From: Octopus sinensis
Taxonomy: Eukaryota
DNA length: 64,000 nt
Reading direction: 5' to 3'
Assembly: GCF_006345805.1 (NCBI RefSeq)
Contig: NC_042999.1
Span: 28,272,001 to 28,336,000 of the forward strand
The position numbers and the translations under genes are program-made. Below, piece after piece: positions 26,866 through 41,130 of the stretch. Below the pieces are notes generated by a model. It made no database searches. It was not told the origin of the DNA and saw only the letters and a list, made by a program, of their open reading frames with translations. Numbering within the stretch: the stretch's first letter is position 1; each line of letters starts with the position of its first letter.

Positions 26866-27030
26866 ATATGTATGCATACATGTACATACATACATAATAC
26901 ATACATACATACATACATACATACATACATACATACATACATACATACATACATGCATACATACATGCATACATACACATATACATACACACATATATGT
27001 ATGTATATGCATACATGCATACACTCACAT
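26866..27030. repeat. (TACA)n tetranucleotide array
   Basis: Direct reading. Confidence 0.9.
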
Positions 27031-28423
27031 ATAAAATGCACATATACTCCAGTAATATTCTAAATATTTTCGAGGATGTTTCAAGATTCTCAAACATCCA
27101 AAAGAGGGAGTAATGTGTCGTTACTATAAATGAGAAAGCAGAGCAGATGGTATAAATTATAGGTTTATATATTTGTCTGCCTGTATCGGCAAGGTTTTAC
27201 AACTAGAAAGCAGGAAAATCCCAAATTTGTTACTGTCAACGCAGAAGCTGTGTGTCATTACTGAAGTTGACCAATCGAAAGTAGATGCTTACCATTTTGA
27301 CTTTGTAAATACATTCGACATACGTGTTCTCCGGAAAATATGCCATAAAATTTGTGAACATAGTTTAGTGTGTATATAGGGGAATAGATGTAAGACTTAA
27401 ATGATAGAAATAAAATTGATGCGGCCAATTGAGCCTTGTCTGAAGGGTCAAAAACTCTCAGCTGTCTTGTTTTTCATCATAGACTGTAAAGAACTTTATG
27501 TGAATTATCATGATTTATATGTGCATTTGTCATAACTAGAGATTAGCATACAATAAACTCTCTCCCACCCTGAAAAAATGAAGAAGAAGCCGGAATGGTA
27601 AAGTAACCATATTGAATCCACCATTAAGCATTCATACTGCTAAAACAATGGGTAAGAAGTTTCTGTCACTACAATGTCAATATTTCGCAATAATACACAA
27701 CTTTCAATTCAACTAAAATTAAGATAAGCTATTCCTGCCTGAATAATATCGTTTCCCAGATGACAAAGTACAACTGAAAATATACACGTAGACAGCCTTC
27801 ACACATACATCCCCTATGTAAGTAAAAAATAATGAAATCGTCTGGAATGACTAAAGATATTTTGTTGTTACAAAACAGTAATAGTCTAAGCATGTTTAAT
27901 GACCAATTATGATATTAATTGCACAAACTCATCTGGCCAACATCTTATTGATACTAAGACCACCACAATAATTTAAAAGGTTATAACGCATTACATAAAT
28001 TGTTCAAGGTAACTTTTAAAATGTTAATGTTTTGTGAATTTATTTTCTGAATTAGGGAGAACGTGAGGCTGAACAACAAGAACTTTACCACGTTGTCAGA
28101 GTCTGCATTGTCAAAAATTCGGATGACCGAAAAACTGAGATGCCTCTCCTCCAACGGTTTTTCTAGGAATACGATGAAGATGTATTTCTTCTTCCGCAGC
28201 CTAATTTGTAAAAATAAATATGCTACCAATTTGGCTGTACTCACAGGATTCTACTTTAAAACAAGCATCACTAGAAAAGGCTTGATAATCTTTACTAGAA
28301 AAAAAGTCACGATACTTTACATAAATCTCCTACAGACACAATCAAACACATGCACACATACATACATATGTGTGTGTGTGTGCGTACGTGTATTTGTGTG
28401 TAGGTATATATAACGTAGATTGT

Positions 28424-28813
28424 GGAGGCGCAATGGCCCAGTGGTTAGGGCAGCGGACTCGCGGTCGTAGGATCGCGGTTTCGATTCCCAGACCGGGCGT
28501 TGTGAGTGTTTATTGAGCGAAAACACCTAAAGCTCCACGAGGCTCCGGCAGGGATGGTGGTGTTCCCTGCTGTACTCTTTCACCACAACTTTCTCTCACT
28601 CTTACTTCCTGTTTCTGTTCTACCTGTATTTCAAAGGGCCGGCCTTGTCACTCTCTGTGTCACACTGAATATCCCCGAGAATTACGTTAAGGTTACACGT
28701 GTCTGTGGAGTGCTCAGCCACTTACATGTTAATTTCACGAGCGGACTGTTCCGTTGATCGGATCACCCGGAACCCTCGTCGTCGTAACCGACGGAGTGTT
28801 TCCACTTCCACAC
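28424..28813 (+). mobile_element. SINE family A, full length
   Basis: Full match; 11-bp TSD ataacgtagat (28410-20, 28814-24). Confidence 0.93.
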
Positions 28814-29373
28814 ATAACGTAGATGTCTGCTTTTTAATCTGTATCGTAAATACTGCAAGTTAAATGCAATATAAAATATGTACAATTCCGATATACTTGT
28901 GAAAAAGATTTAAAAAGTATGAGACATTGGGAAAAATATGCACGCACCAATATGAAGAGGAAACATTCGCAGAGCTATTAACGACAGGTCGTTGAAGATT
29001 CTATACCATCTATCATTTTGCTTCTCACACGTTTTCATATATTCTGTACATGCTAACACAAATGCCCTATAAGGATTGTACTTGTGAAAGAAACCTCATG
29101 CTTTCACCCAGACGTGCCTTTCTTACTCAAAAGTTAACTGAATACTTTGCTGCAAGTGCTTTGCTATCGTATCTGTCTGTTCATTATGTCATTCACTAAA
29201 ATACATTTTCCCACACAGTCATCAGAAGTTCACACAAAACACATGATTATGGGTACATACATATATGCAGTGTATACACACACACGCATATAGAAATATA
29301 TTTCTATGACCGTATATTGTTTGTGTTCATTTTGCTCTTAAGAAAAATTATACACGCACGCATATGTACCCAA

Positions 29374-29860
<487 letters not shown>

Positions 29861-30088
29861 TCGTGCTATTTATACGCACTCATATATACATGTGGTATAT
29901 GTCTACATATGTATATGCATATTTCACGTGGGCGTGGTCATGAAATTGCACTAAGGGATGGTATCATTGTTGTAATTAATTTTCATCCATATGAATATGA
30001 TATATGCTTTCAATTGATAGTAATAGTTGTTTAAAATGTGTCACATATTGTTCTGGGAAAAATTTTCAATGTTGTTTTTTTGCGGATG

Positions 30089-30320
30089 TACTCTCTTTCT
30101 CTCTTTTACTCTTACTCTTCCTCTTTTACTTATTTCAGTCATTTGACTGTGGCCATGCTGGAGCACCGCCTTTAGTCGAGCAAATGCAGCCCAGGACATT
30201 GTAAGCCTAGTACTTATTATATCGGTCTCTTTTGCCGAACCGCTAAGTTACGGGGACGTAAACACACCATCATCGTGTGTCAAGCAATATTGGGGGGAGG
30301 GGGCAAACACAGACACAGAA

Positions 30321-30351
<31 letters not shown>

Positions 30352-30520
30352 CATATATACGACGGTATTCTTTCAGTTTCCGTCTACCAAATCCACTCAC
30401 AAGACTTTGGTCGGCCCGAGGCTATAGTAGAAGACACTTGATCAAGGTTCCACAAAGTGGGATTGAACCCGGAAACATGTGGTTGGTAAGATAGCTACTT
30501 ACCACACAGCCATTCCTACA
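30089..30520 (-). mobile_element. SINE family B
   Basis: Reverse-complement match; tail of repeated gagtaaaa-like units. Confidence 0.88.
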
Positions 30521-31018
30521 TAAAGTTAAAAATTAAAGGGGTAAATAATTGATAGAAAAATGCTTTATTTCATAAATTTCAGAACATGCAAGATAAAGTT
30601 AAACGAGGCGCGATTTTCGAACAGTACATAACGTCGAGAGCTATCTAATAACTTAGATGTAGTTCGGAACCGTACAAACAATTTGAAATCATCGCCCCAG
30701 TGAGATCGTTGTTCCTCTTGGGAAATAATTCCTTTCTCCTCTTTCTGCTATGCTTATCTACCAAACGTTCTGAGCTGTTACCCATAAAAGAACACCGAAT
30801 GCGTATAGTGAGATGAACTGATAATTTTATTAAATTCTCCATAGACCTCAATCTCCGTATAATTTAATATTGTATTAATAAACGTTTTTAAATCTCCAGT
30901 TACTTAACACAATAGTGAAAACGAATGACGAATGCGAGAATTCTGTAGACAACAACTAAGAATAACGAATCATTTATAGTGTATTTTGCAACAGAATAAT
31001 TATTGCTAGCTCCTAGTA

Positions 31019-31584
31019 TTGGGTTGTCCAGAAAGTTCGTGCCGATTTATAGTAGTTAACCTTTCGACTTGTTTTAGAACATGGTTGATCCCATAAAATA
31101 GGATTTGACTACACCTCCAGTTAGAACACAGTTTAAGCTACCTTTTCGTGGAAGACGGTTTATGTTTCTATAACCTGTGTTAATTCTGTAACCCTTTAAA
31201 ATAGGAGATAAGAAAGTTAATTTTCGGCACTTCATACTTTGGGAACGAGACAAAAATTGCTGCAGCTCAGCTGAGATATGTTACCCCACCCTCCATATTC
31301 TCCAGTTATTGCTCCTTCGGATTTCCACTTATTCAGGTCTCTTCAGAATAGTCTTAATGGTAAAAATTTCAATTCCTTGGATGACGTAAGTATATACCCT
31401 GATGAATTCTTTGCCATGAAACCACCTCAATTCTGGGAAGAGGGTATTTTCAAGTTAAAGGAAAGATGGAGACGCATTGTGCAACAAAATGGTTCATATT
31501 TGGTTGATTAAAAATATAATAGCAAGTATTTATTGAGCTTTTTCTTTTCTTTAAAAGTTGGCACGACCTTTCCGGAGAACCCAA
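31019..31584 (+). mobile_element. Internally deleted mariner (DD34D-type) element
   Basis: TA flanks; ~30-bp TIRs ttgggttgtccagaaagttcgtgccgattt / aaagttggcacgacctttccggagaacccaa; N-terminal fragment fused to C-terminal HPPYSP.IAPSDFHLFRSLQNSLNGK..W..GI.KL.ERW..IV..NGSY. Confidence 0.9.
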
Positions 31585-32461
31585 TATATTTGCTAATCAC
31601 CGTATTTATCACAAATCTGTTTATTTCTAAATCTGAAAAAATAAATAAATAAAAACAGTTTCATCTTTTTTAATGGTGAGATATATGTTTGATACTTCTC
31701 ACACTATGAAACCATGAATATTAAAATTCATGAAAACACTATTTTTTAGAATTATATTAATATACTAGCTCGTAACTCGTAGCTATGCTGCCTTCAAAAA
31801 TATTTGTTAATGATGCACGTACTCCCATAAATTGTTCAAGCACTGTTTAGATTGACTTTCTCGGTGAAGAGTAATAACAAACTGAATACTATTGAACAAT
31901 ATTGCTTCTTGTGAACGGGTAGCTCAGTGATGCTCATCCAAGTTAACGGTGACACCCCAAAGTCAAAACAATAGGAAAATTGTGTGGCAGACCTCTCGCC
32001 TTATATGCTCTGGCTGGTCGTGCGTAACAATAATAAGGGGTCGCTATTACTGAAGCTATTTATAATATGTCTCGTATGGTACGGCCAGATAATAAGTAGA
32101 CTGTTATATAGAAAGAACACTGGACCTACCTGTCTCTGTTTCACACACACACACACCCACACCCACACCCACACCCACACCCACACACACAAACACACAC
32201 ACACAGAGGCACGCACACACACAGAGACACACACACGCACACTGTCTCTCTCACTTTTTTCTCTCTCAACAACAAAATCAACAACTGGACATAATAGTGA
32301 AAGTCCTTTTAAAATACATTGCTTCGTCCCTATCTTGAAAGACATAGAGAAACACATACACAGATATTCACACACAGGTAACTAACCCTCCACAAAAATA
32401 ATAAAATTATGTATTATATATATATTCCAATAAATAATAACAAACGATGGATAACTGTCAG

Positions 32462-32549
32462 CTCATTACAACTGTTCCTTACATAACATTTTAATAGCAG
32501 AATGAGAACATTACATCATTATTATAAAAGACTGTAGTAATCAGATGAG
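32462..32549 (-). ncRNA. Degenerate hammerhead motif
   Basis: Minus strand: ctcat-CTGATTA...GGAACAGTTGT-A-atgag; perfect 5-bp stem I but two core changes. Confidence 0.35.
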
Positions 32550-33405
32550 AATTAATTTCGATAGGAAGCCCCTTTAGGAATGGGGATGGAATCATCGATG
32601 TTTTTAATACAACTCGTTGTAATATCATCACGTACTATATTAATGGCCTTTAGCAGAGTCCACTGTGCTCCAAGCATTTTGGGCAGGTATCCACTATGAG
32701 CATAATTCCTTCTATCTTCTCACTTACCCGAGGACCACAGCCCACCGAATTTAAGTGATCCACAAAGGGATCATAGCTGTTGAACTTTATCTTCGTAATA
32801 ATGAAGCAACTTCGATCCCAGTAAAATTGCATTTGATTTCATTAATATTATGAAGGAGTTAACTTAGGAGATTGATAATATATAGTGGTCAAATCATCTC
32901 CAAAACACACACTACCGTCTTGAGAAGGGAAGTATACGTATTAGATAATAAAGTTTTAGATATCATTCAAAAGATGGGCTAGACATGTTTAGAATGTTTG
33001 CATCGTAGTGCTAACCTGTAAGAGTTTACCTGTAGCTAATCAAAATCACAGCGATAACAACGTGACGATGACTAAATCTCGAATTGATGAGAAACAGGCA
33101 TTACGCAGATAGTGTCTAACAATTAGACACAATACGTTGAGAGTGTGAGAAACAACACTTCATCAAGACGTTGATGTTTAATTCTGATGTCACACTTGTC
33201 AAAAGTATTGAAGTTAAAGTTAATTAAATATAAACGAAGTGTGAAATAAAATGTTTATTTACAGATAAAAAAATCAACAAAAAACTTGCATATAACTTCG
33301 TAAGAACGTAAGAACACAAACAGCTAGGAAAATGCAGATTGGCACAGTAAAAGATAACTAGGATTATTGTACCTGTTTTCAAGTAAGAGGTAAACATACA
33401 GACAG

Positions 33406-33455
<50 letters not shown>

Positions 33456-33459
33456 GAGT

Positions 33460-33502
<43 letters not shown>

Positions 33503-33745
33503 AGCGGACTAGCAGATAGAGAGATAAAGCGACAGGGATGCAGTTAGATATTCTGAGATGAGTTGTGCATGAAGGGACGAAAGTTGCGATTAATATAACA
33601 TGAAATAGAGGCCTTTATCTTTGAAATCGAACTGACAAACTTGTGAAAAAAAATGTAATAAAACTGATGTGAAAAAACTACAAAACTAAAAATCAAGAGA
33701 GAAAACAATATATACAATGCAAGCTTCATCTAACTAGAAACACAA

Positions 33746-33910
33746 TTATTTACATTATTTACATTTGACGTATATTTGTCCTCATCTTATTTGTTGTTAA
33801 CGCAACGTGTCGGCTGATATACCAGCCAGCCTTCATTAGGTGTCTTGGGGAAATTTCGAACCTGGGTTCTCATTTTTCGATGTTGTTGTTGTTGTTATTA
33901 TTATTATTAC

Positions 33911-33973
<63 letters not shown>

Positions 33974-33984
33974 GCCATATGCCC
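33746..33984 (-). mobile_element. Hammerhead-bearing SINE family H, internally deleted, inactive core
   Basis: Minus strand: 14-nt head gggcatatggcgta, (AAT)n, 3' body with CTAATGA..GACAC mutated hammerhead and (tgtaaataa)n tail. Confidence 0.85.
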
Positions 33985-33992
33985 ACCAGCAT

Positions 33993-34062
33993 TATGGCAT
34001 ACTGGTTAAGAGCGCGGGCTACTAACCACAAGATTCCGAGTCAGATTTCAGGCAGTGACCTG

Positions 34063-34121
<59 letters not shown>

Positions 34122-34158
34122 CACCACTACCACCACCACCACCCCACCACACTACACT

Positions 34159-34254
<96 letters not shown>

Positions 34255-34422
34255 CAGCAACATCTAAAAATACCTTAGCAATGAGAGCCCACGTTCGAAA
34301 TTTCCCCAAGACACCTGATGAAGGATGGAGGGTATATTAGCCGAAACGTTGTGTTAACAACAAACAAGATGAGGACAAATATCCGTCGATTGTAAATAAT
34401 GTAAATAATGTACATAATTCCC
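33993..34422 (+). mobile_element. Hammerhead-bearing SINE family H
   Basis: tRNA-like head, (CTA)n(CCA)n(AAT)n spacer, hammerhead 34310-34355 (gacac-CTGATGA-a-ggatg..tagcc-GAAACGTT-gtgtt), (tgtaaataa)n tail. Confidence 0.85.
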
Positions 34423-35127
34423 CATGTTTTAAAAATAGTCTATAAACACAATTGTTACTAAGAAATTATCTATTGCTAGGTTCTACAGAAAACAAAAAGC
34501 AGACGAAAAGACACTTCAATAAAAAGAAATGTTTTGCACATTACACGAGAAGAAAACCAAAAAGAAAGTACATTAAGAAAAAAATGGTCTGATGTTTCTG
34601 ATTAATATCTTGGAGTTGCGTACCTTCCAAAATCTCAGTTCAAATTTCGAGGTGGAAGGTTGGGATTACGGGCTTCCATGATCGATAATATAATTACAAA
34701 TCAAGGACTGGATGTTCACCTAATTGGTATGGTCAATCTCTTAAACCCGAGGCCTTGTTTGAAAATGAAAGATAATATTTTCGTAGAAACAATAGAAAAA
34801 ACTGATAAATCATTCATTTCTCTCCAAACCTTAGGGTCTGTTTCTTTGTTAAGAAGTAACATTTTACTCTACCGGACTGTTAAACTGTGAAAGCAGATAA
34901 TAAGCAAAACAGAAAGTTAAAACAATGGAAAGATTTCTTCTTTTCAATTGAACATATTGATGTAATTATTTCTGCGTAATTTTACTTCCGTGTAAACTAT
35001 TAAGCTATTTGATTCACTGAAAAGCAAATCTAGGGAAAAAAATTTAAATGGAAGACTTATGATAGTAAGTAGTATATACTTTATTTTTCTTATTGTAGGC
35101 ATGACAGAACTTGTTTTCGTATCGTTA

Positions 35128-35237
35128 ACATTTTGCCACGTTTCGTTCCACGTCGTTACATCTCGAAACATTTCGCCACATTTCGTTACACGTCACTACA
35201 TCTCGCAACATCTCGTTTCATTTGGAAACATCTTGCA
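35128..35237. repeat. 10-bp minisatellite (11 units) with 40-bp higher-order period
   Basis: acattttgcc acgtttcgtt ccacgtcgtt acatctcgaa / acatttcgcc acatttcgtt acacgtcact acatctcgca ... Confidence 0.75.
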
Positions 35238-35545
35238 GTAGTTTAGTACACAGTTACTATCCGTTACATTTTTTTTTCACTGTACTCCGTAATAGTGTGT
35301 AATATAGTGTTAAAAACAAGAAATTAAAAATATATGAACGAAATATGAAATAAGTGAAATAAGAAAAAATAGAAAAGAGAATAAAGAAATAACCATATGA
35401 CTGACTGGCCAACATTTCTGAGGGCACTTTCGTATTGTAGTCGAGGACAGTTTAATGAACGCTTCAGTATGATATTAGGTCTAATGATGTGTTTCGGAGA
35501 GATTTAGGAGATCACTGGAGCAAAGATGTGCACACATATATGCAT

Positions 35546-35590
<45 letters not shown>

Positions 35591-36334
35591 CACACACATA
35601 CTTACAAGAGCATATTTGCAGTTACGCATACATACATACACACATACATACATACATACACACATACATACATACATACACACATACATACATACATACA
35701 CACATACATACATACATACACAAATATAAATACATGTGAATAACCACGCATATATCTATATTGACAAACAAAAAGCGCACGATGGCACACACTCAAAGAC
35801 AGAGGCAATCACACACATGCACACACATATGCACACACATAAAGTCACACATACACATACATACCACTCACTCACATGTATTTATATTGCTATAATGCTT
35901 GCAGAGTACATATATATTTGTTTCTGTCAGTAACAGCTATTGAAACAAATGAATGTTCTGGGATTACATTATTATCCATTTAACTTTCTATTTCACTTGT
36001 ATATTAATATATCGTCATCTTTGTAACAATAACGAGATCATTATGTCTGGCCAACAGAATAAATTCTACCTACGAGCTGTACGACGAAAGCTTCTTTCTT
36101 CCACTTAGTTTCGCCATTTTGTTGCTTTCTGGAGTAATGTCAGCTGTTGCGATTGGATACCGTGTAGGTAATCATGAGAAGACTGCCTTTCACCGGGAAT
36201 AGAAGGCAGCGCTCTTCTATCTGGCAGCTAGGACAAATGAGGATACGCGGTGGGCAAGATTAAAAGCACTAAAAATAGGAACACTACCTCCGTTGTAACC
36301 TTATTCAATGTCTAATCTTCTATTAGATTTCCTA

Positions 36335-36710
36335 GGAGGCGCAATGGCCCAGTGGTTAGGGCAGCGGACTCGCGGTCATAGGATCGCGGTTTCGATTCCC
36401 AGACCGGGCGTTGTGAGTGTTTATTGAGCGAAAACACCTAAAGCTCCACGAGGCTCCGGCAGGGGATGGTGGTGATCCCTGCTGTACTCTTTCACCACAA
36501 CTTTCTCTTACTTCCTGTTTCTGTTGTACCTGTATTTCAAAGATCCGGCCTTGTCACTCTCTGTGTCACGCTGAATATCCCCGAGAACTACGTTAAGGGT
36601 ACACGTGTCTGTGGAGTGCTCAGCCACTTACACGTTAATTTCACGAGCAGGCTGTTCCGTTGATTCGGATCAACCGGAACCCTCATCGTCGTAACCGACG
36701 GAGTGGTTCC
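36335..36710 (+). mobile_element. SINE family A, full length
   Basis: Full match; TSD attagatttc (36322-31, 36711-20). Confidence 0.93.
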
Positions 36711-37241
36711 ATTAGATTTCTTGAAACGTGAGTGCGGGTACTGAGTATTACATTGTTGACTATGAGTAAAATTCATAACAGTATTTGTTCTTTTTTTTTA
36801 CAATTTTCTATATTTGTGCTCTAATTGTGTGAAATTATTTCAATTAAAACTTTGTAAGCCGTGGACATGCATATTATGGATATAATTTTGAAGGCAATTT
36901 CAATCTGCTGTTTTGTTATTAATATTTCAGTAATTCTATATTAAAGCACACTTTCACTGCATAAATGAACCCAGCTCTGTGAGACTTGGGTACATACAGT
37001 AGGTTTTCTTTCCTATTCTAAAGCAAGTTCTGAAGGCGCTATATGTGCCGTACTAATATTGTTATTAACAATTGTATTATTGCAGTAAATGAGGTTGCTA
37101 TTTTTGTACAACCTTCTATTCCAAACTATAATGTTTCAAGAAGCTTCGCTAAGAAGATGATTTCTTCTGGTTCTTTGTAGTAAAGAAGAGGCATTTAGAA
37201 TATTTAAAAATTTCACCTTATTAGTTATGAAGAAATAAAAA

Positions 37242-38025
37242 TTTTTTAAAACTATTTCTAATACTTAAAGAAAACCTCTCTCATATAGTGTTTGCTCAAG
37301 TTTTTTTTTTAGCTGCTATTTCTAATGAGTTCAGTATGCGGCAAAGTAATTTATTTTACTAAGCCCTTTTATATAATGTAATAATTTGAATTCGCCTTAA
37401 ATGGTCCCTTTGCATACTGAATACTTGGTGAAATTGATTAATTAATTAATTTAACCCTCAATTGTTGAATTATAATGCATCTCTCTCTATATAATGCCTC
37501 GGATTTTACCGAAAAAAACATAGTGTTTACTGATTTTAACCCACGCTGGTGGAAAGGGGAGAGCAGAAATTCTTCGCTTGCATTTTTTGAGTTTTTTTGG
37601 CACTGTTAGTTTCGAGCAGATCTTCAGAAGCGATAAGAAGCCGAAAGGGTATGCTCCCACTTTCAGTGTTTTCAAATCCAAACCAGGAGTTCTGAGCTGA
37701 TGATAGAAATGTCGAGTTTGACTAATCTTGAACGTACGTTCTCAATAACCTTTGCATTTGATTTTTAATGTCTCTACCCCCATACTTCCGTGAGTTGAAT
37801 TGAGCAAACACTATATGAGAGAGGTTTTTCTTTAGTATTAGAAATAGTTTTAAAAAAGTTTTTTTAGCTGCTATTTCTAATGATTTCAGTATGCGGCAAA
37901 GTAATTTATTTTACTAAGCCCTTTTATATAATGTAATAATTTGAATTCGCCTTAAATGGTCCCTTTGCATACTGAATACTTGGTGAAATTGATTAATTAA
38001 TTAATTTTACCCTCAATTGTTGAAA
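37242..38025 (+). mobile_element. Hammerhead-containing cassette with direct terminal repeats and a 5' inverted segment (Penelope-like pLTR derivative)
   Basis: ~170-bp near-identical direct repeats at 37300-37475 and 37858-38025; 58-bp segment 37242-37299 is the reverse complement of 37800-37857; hammerhead-like motif 37693-37744. Confidence 0.65.
37693..37744 (+). ncRNA. Minimal hammerhead motif lacking one core A
   Basis: tgag-CTGATGA-taga..gtc gagttt gac..tctt-GAA-CGTACG-T-T-ctca; palindromic stem III. Confidence 0.5.
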
Positions 38026-38458
38026 TTATATATATATATATATATATGTATCTATGCATGTATGTATATGTATCTGTGTGGGCGTTTGCGAGCATGTACG
38101 TGTATGTATGCATGTATACATAGAAAGATATATGAAAAGAAAGAGAGAGAGAGAGAGAGAGAGGAGGAGGAGAGAGAGGGGGATGACAGACAGATAATTT
38201 TTTACTTGAAACTGAGAGCACCGCTACAAATAAACGAATAAATACCGACATCATGTATTGAGTTCATTTATCTCGTCTGAACATAAAAAAATGCATACAA
38301 CTCTCTCCTACACTCGTGTTCACTCTCACTCTCTGTTTCCCCTTCTCTCTTTCTCTGGATACATATATATGTACGCGTGTCTTTGTCTAAGTTTTTGTAT
38401 GCATTTCTATTTGTACGTATGTACATACATACACACACAGACACACAGACACATACAT

Positions 38459-38489
<31 letters not shown>

Positions 38490-38928
38490 AGATGAGAAAA
38501 AACTAGGTACTAAACAATGCATGCACATATCTCTGCGTGTCTGAGTGTATATAGACATACATACGTACATATATACAATCACACGTACCTATGTGCATAC
38601 GCCTACATATGCACATACATATATGCGTGTATGATCTCGTATTTAGTATGTTTTATTACGTAAAACATGATACTACACGACATCGGAAAAAAAACTCTCA
38701 CATACTCGAATATCTCGAGGCTGACGTAACTCTGTTTTGTGCATATAAGTATTCCATAAAACTGTTTACAGTTAGAAAAGCACCGAGAAAGACTGATAAA
38801 AAACAAAACTGCTTTATATGTACATACATACAATCATACATACAGACATACAGACTTATATAGAAACGTATATGTATATACATTCATGCATATATACATA
38901 TATACATACATAACATACATATATACAT

Positions 38929-38961
<33 letters not shown>

Positions 38962-39240
38962 CATATATACATACGCACACATAAAAACTTACATAGTTAT
39001 GCATACACTATATATGTGTAAGTGTATATATATATATATATATCCATCTGTATCTCTCAGTACACACACCAACACACACACCACACACACACACACACAC
39101 TCACCCACACATATATATATATATAGGTATACATATATACACATATGTATAATAAATGTCTATATATGTTATATATATATATATGTATGTAGAATATATA
39201 TATATATATATGTATGTAATATGTAATATATATATAATCT

Positions 39241-39317
<77 letters not shown>

Positions 39318-39787
39318 TGTGTGTGTGTGTATATGTATGTATATATGTATGATAAAAAGAAGAAACTTCTTAGCAACACACTCTAGCTTCAAAACAGTTA
39401 GTGCCAGCAATTATGCATTTATTCACTCACGAATATAGACACATTAGTAGTAGACCCAGTATTTCTATAATTCTATCACCAAAATCACAGTCTTTTCCAC
39501 GTGATCCAGACAAACATAAAATACATATCTACCGAGTAGCAGTAGCAACAATAATACTTATATAACTGAGGAACAAAACTGTAGAAAGAGAGAATAAATG
39601 GAATGGAGATGAATGATGAGAGCATAAAAACAAGAATGAAAAATAATATAAATAAAACAACAAAAAAAACCCACTACTATTCATAAAGTGTAGGAAAAAG
39701 AAGACGGATGCGAAGAAGTTTACGGGATAACTAATGGAAGACGGTCATTACAGCTACTATCGCAACAAATAGCGATTGCTACAAAGC

Positions 39788-39990
39788 ATGATGATGATGA
39801 TGATGATGATGATGTGGTGATGGTGGTGGTGATGATAACGATGATGATGATGATGACGATGATGTGGTGATGGTGGTGGTGGTGGTGCTGCTGCTGATGT
39901 TGATTAAAAGAAAAAAAGAATTAGAAAGAGAGAGAGAGAGACGTAACAGTAGTAGTAGTATTAGTAGTAGTGGTAATAGTTGGAGTAGTT

Positions 39991-40024
<34 letters not shown>

Positions 40025-40223
40025 TTGTGGTAGAAGAAGAAGAAGAAGAAGAAGAAGAAGAAGAAGAAGAAGAAGAAGAAGAAGAAGAAGAAGAGGAGGA
40101 GGAAGAAGAAGAAGAAAGGAACAAAGAAAGAATGAAAGAACGGAAAATAGAAAATACTATAGCGAAAATAAAAAAGTATACTACTAATGATGCGATATTT
40201 ATAACAGCAACAACAACAACAAC

Positions 40224-40256
<33 letters not shown>

Positions 40257-40397
40257 ATAGAAACAATAACAACAATAACACTATTACGACTACTACTTAT
40301 AATAATGGTGATAATAATAATAATAATGATAATACTAATGATGATGTTGATGATGATGATGATGTTAATAGTAGTAGTAGTGATAATAATAATAATA

Positions 40398-40434
<37 letters not shown>

Positions 40435-41130
40435 TTATAATAATAATAGTTATAATAATAATAATAATGAGAAGAGGAGGAGGAGAAGGAAGCAGAACAT
40501 AAGAAGAAGAAGAAGAAGAAGAAGAAGAATAAGAAGAGACAAAGAAGAAGAAGAAAAGAAGAAAAGAAGAAGAAGAAGAAGACGAAGAAAATAAAAGAAA
40601 TAAGAAGAAGAAAAGAAGAAGAAAGAAGAAGAAGAAGAAGAAGAAGAAGAAGAAGAAGAAGAAGAAGAAGAAGAAGAAATGGAAGAATATTAATAATAAT
40701 AATGATAATATGAAGAAAAAAGAAGATACCTGAAAAATAGAGAAATATATGGAATATTGGTAGAGGAAAGAGAGACATAATAAGAATGGAAATGAAATAT
40801 TCGAAAATGATACAAATATGAGAGAAAGAACAAGTATGTCAAAAATGCAAGAACATGAATATTTTGAGCAATTGTGTACAAGATGAAAGAAAGAGAAGGA
40901 CAGTAAAAGTAAGGAAAATGTTAGAGAAGATTTTGAAATATATGAAAAAAGGAGGAATTGTGGGATGATTTCAAAATAGAAAAGAAGAAGAGGAAGACAT
41001 AGAGATGGGGAGATATATACAAATGAAAAACAAATGAAAAAAAACAAAAGTGAGAAAATAGAGAATAGAAATTAAATGAAAAAAAATTTGAGAAATGGGA
41101 GTAGAAAAGAATCAAATTGAAGGCCACGGC
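39788..41130. repeat. Purine-rich trinucleotide mosaic (GAT, GGT, AGT, GAA, AAT) decaying into GA/A-rich sequence
   Basis: Direct reading; explains the poly-S/E/R/F/L ORFs. Confidence 0.9.

Noticed and set aside
28089-28294. Two candidate minus-strand exons (28245-28294 with GTGAGT donor; 28089-28200 with AG/GT ends and a 37-codon open frame LRKKKYIFIVFLEKP...)
   Set aside because: The intervening intron would be only 44 nt, the two open frames are out of phase when joined, and the peptide is not recognisable
30600-30850. Minus ORF with 'AMISNCLYGSE' reminiscent of LINE RT C-terminus
   Set aside because: Single short motif only; cannot be supported
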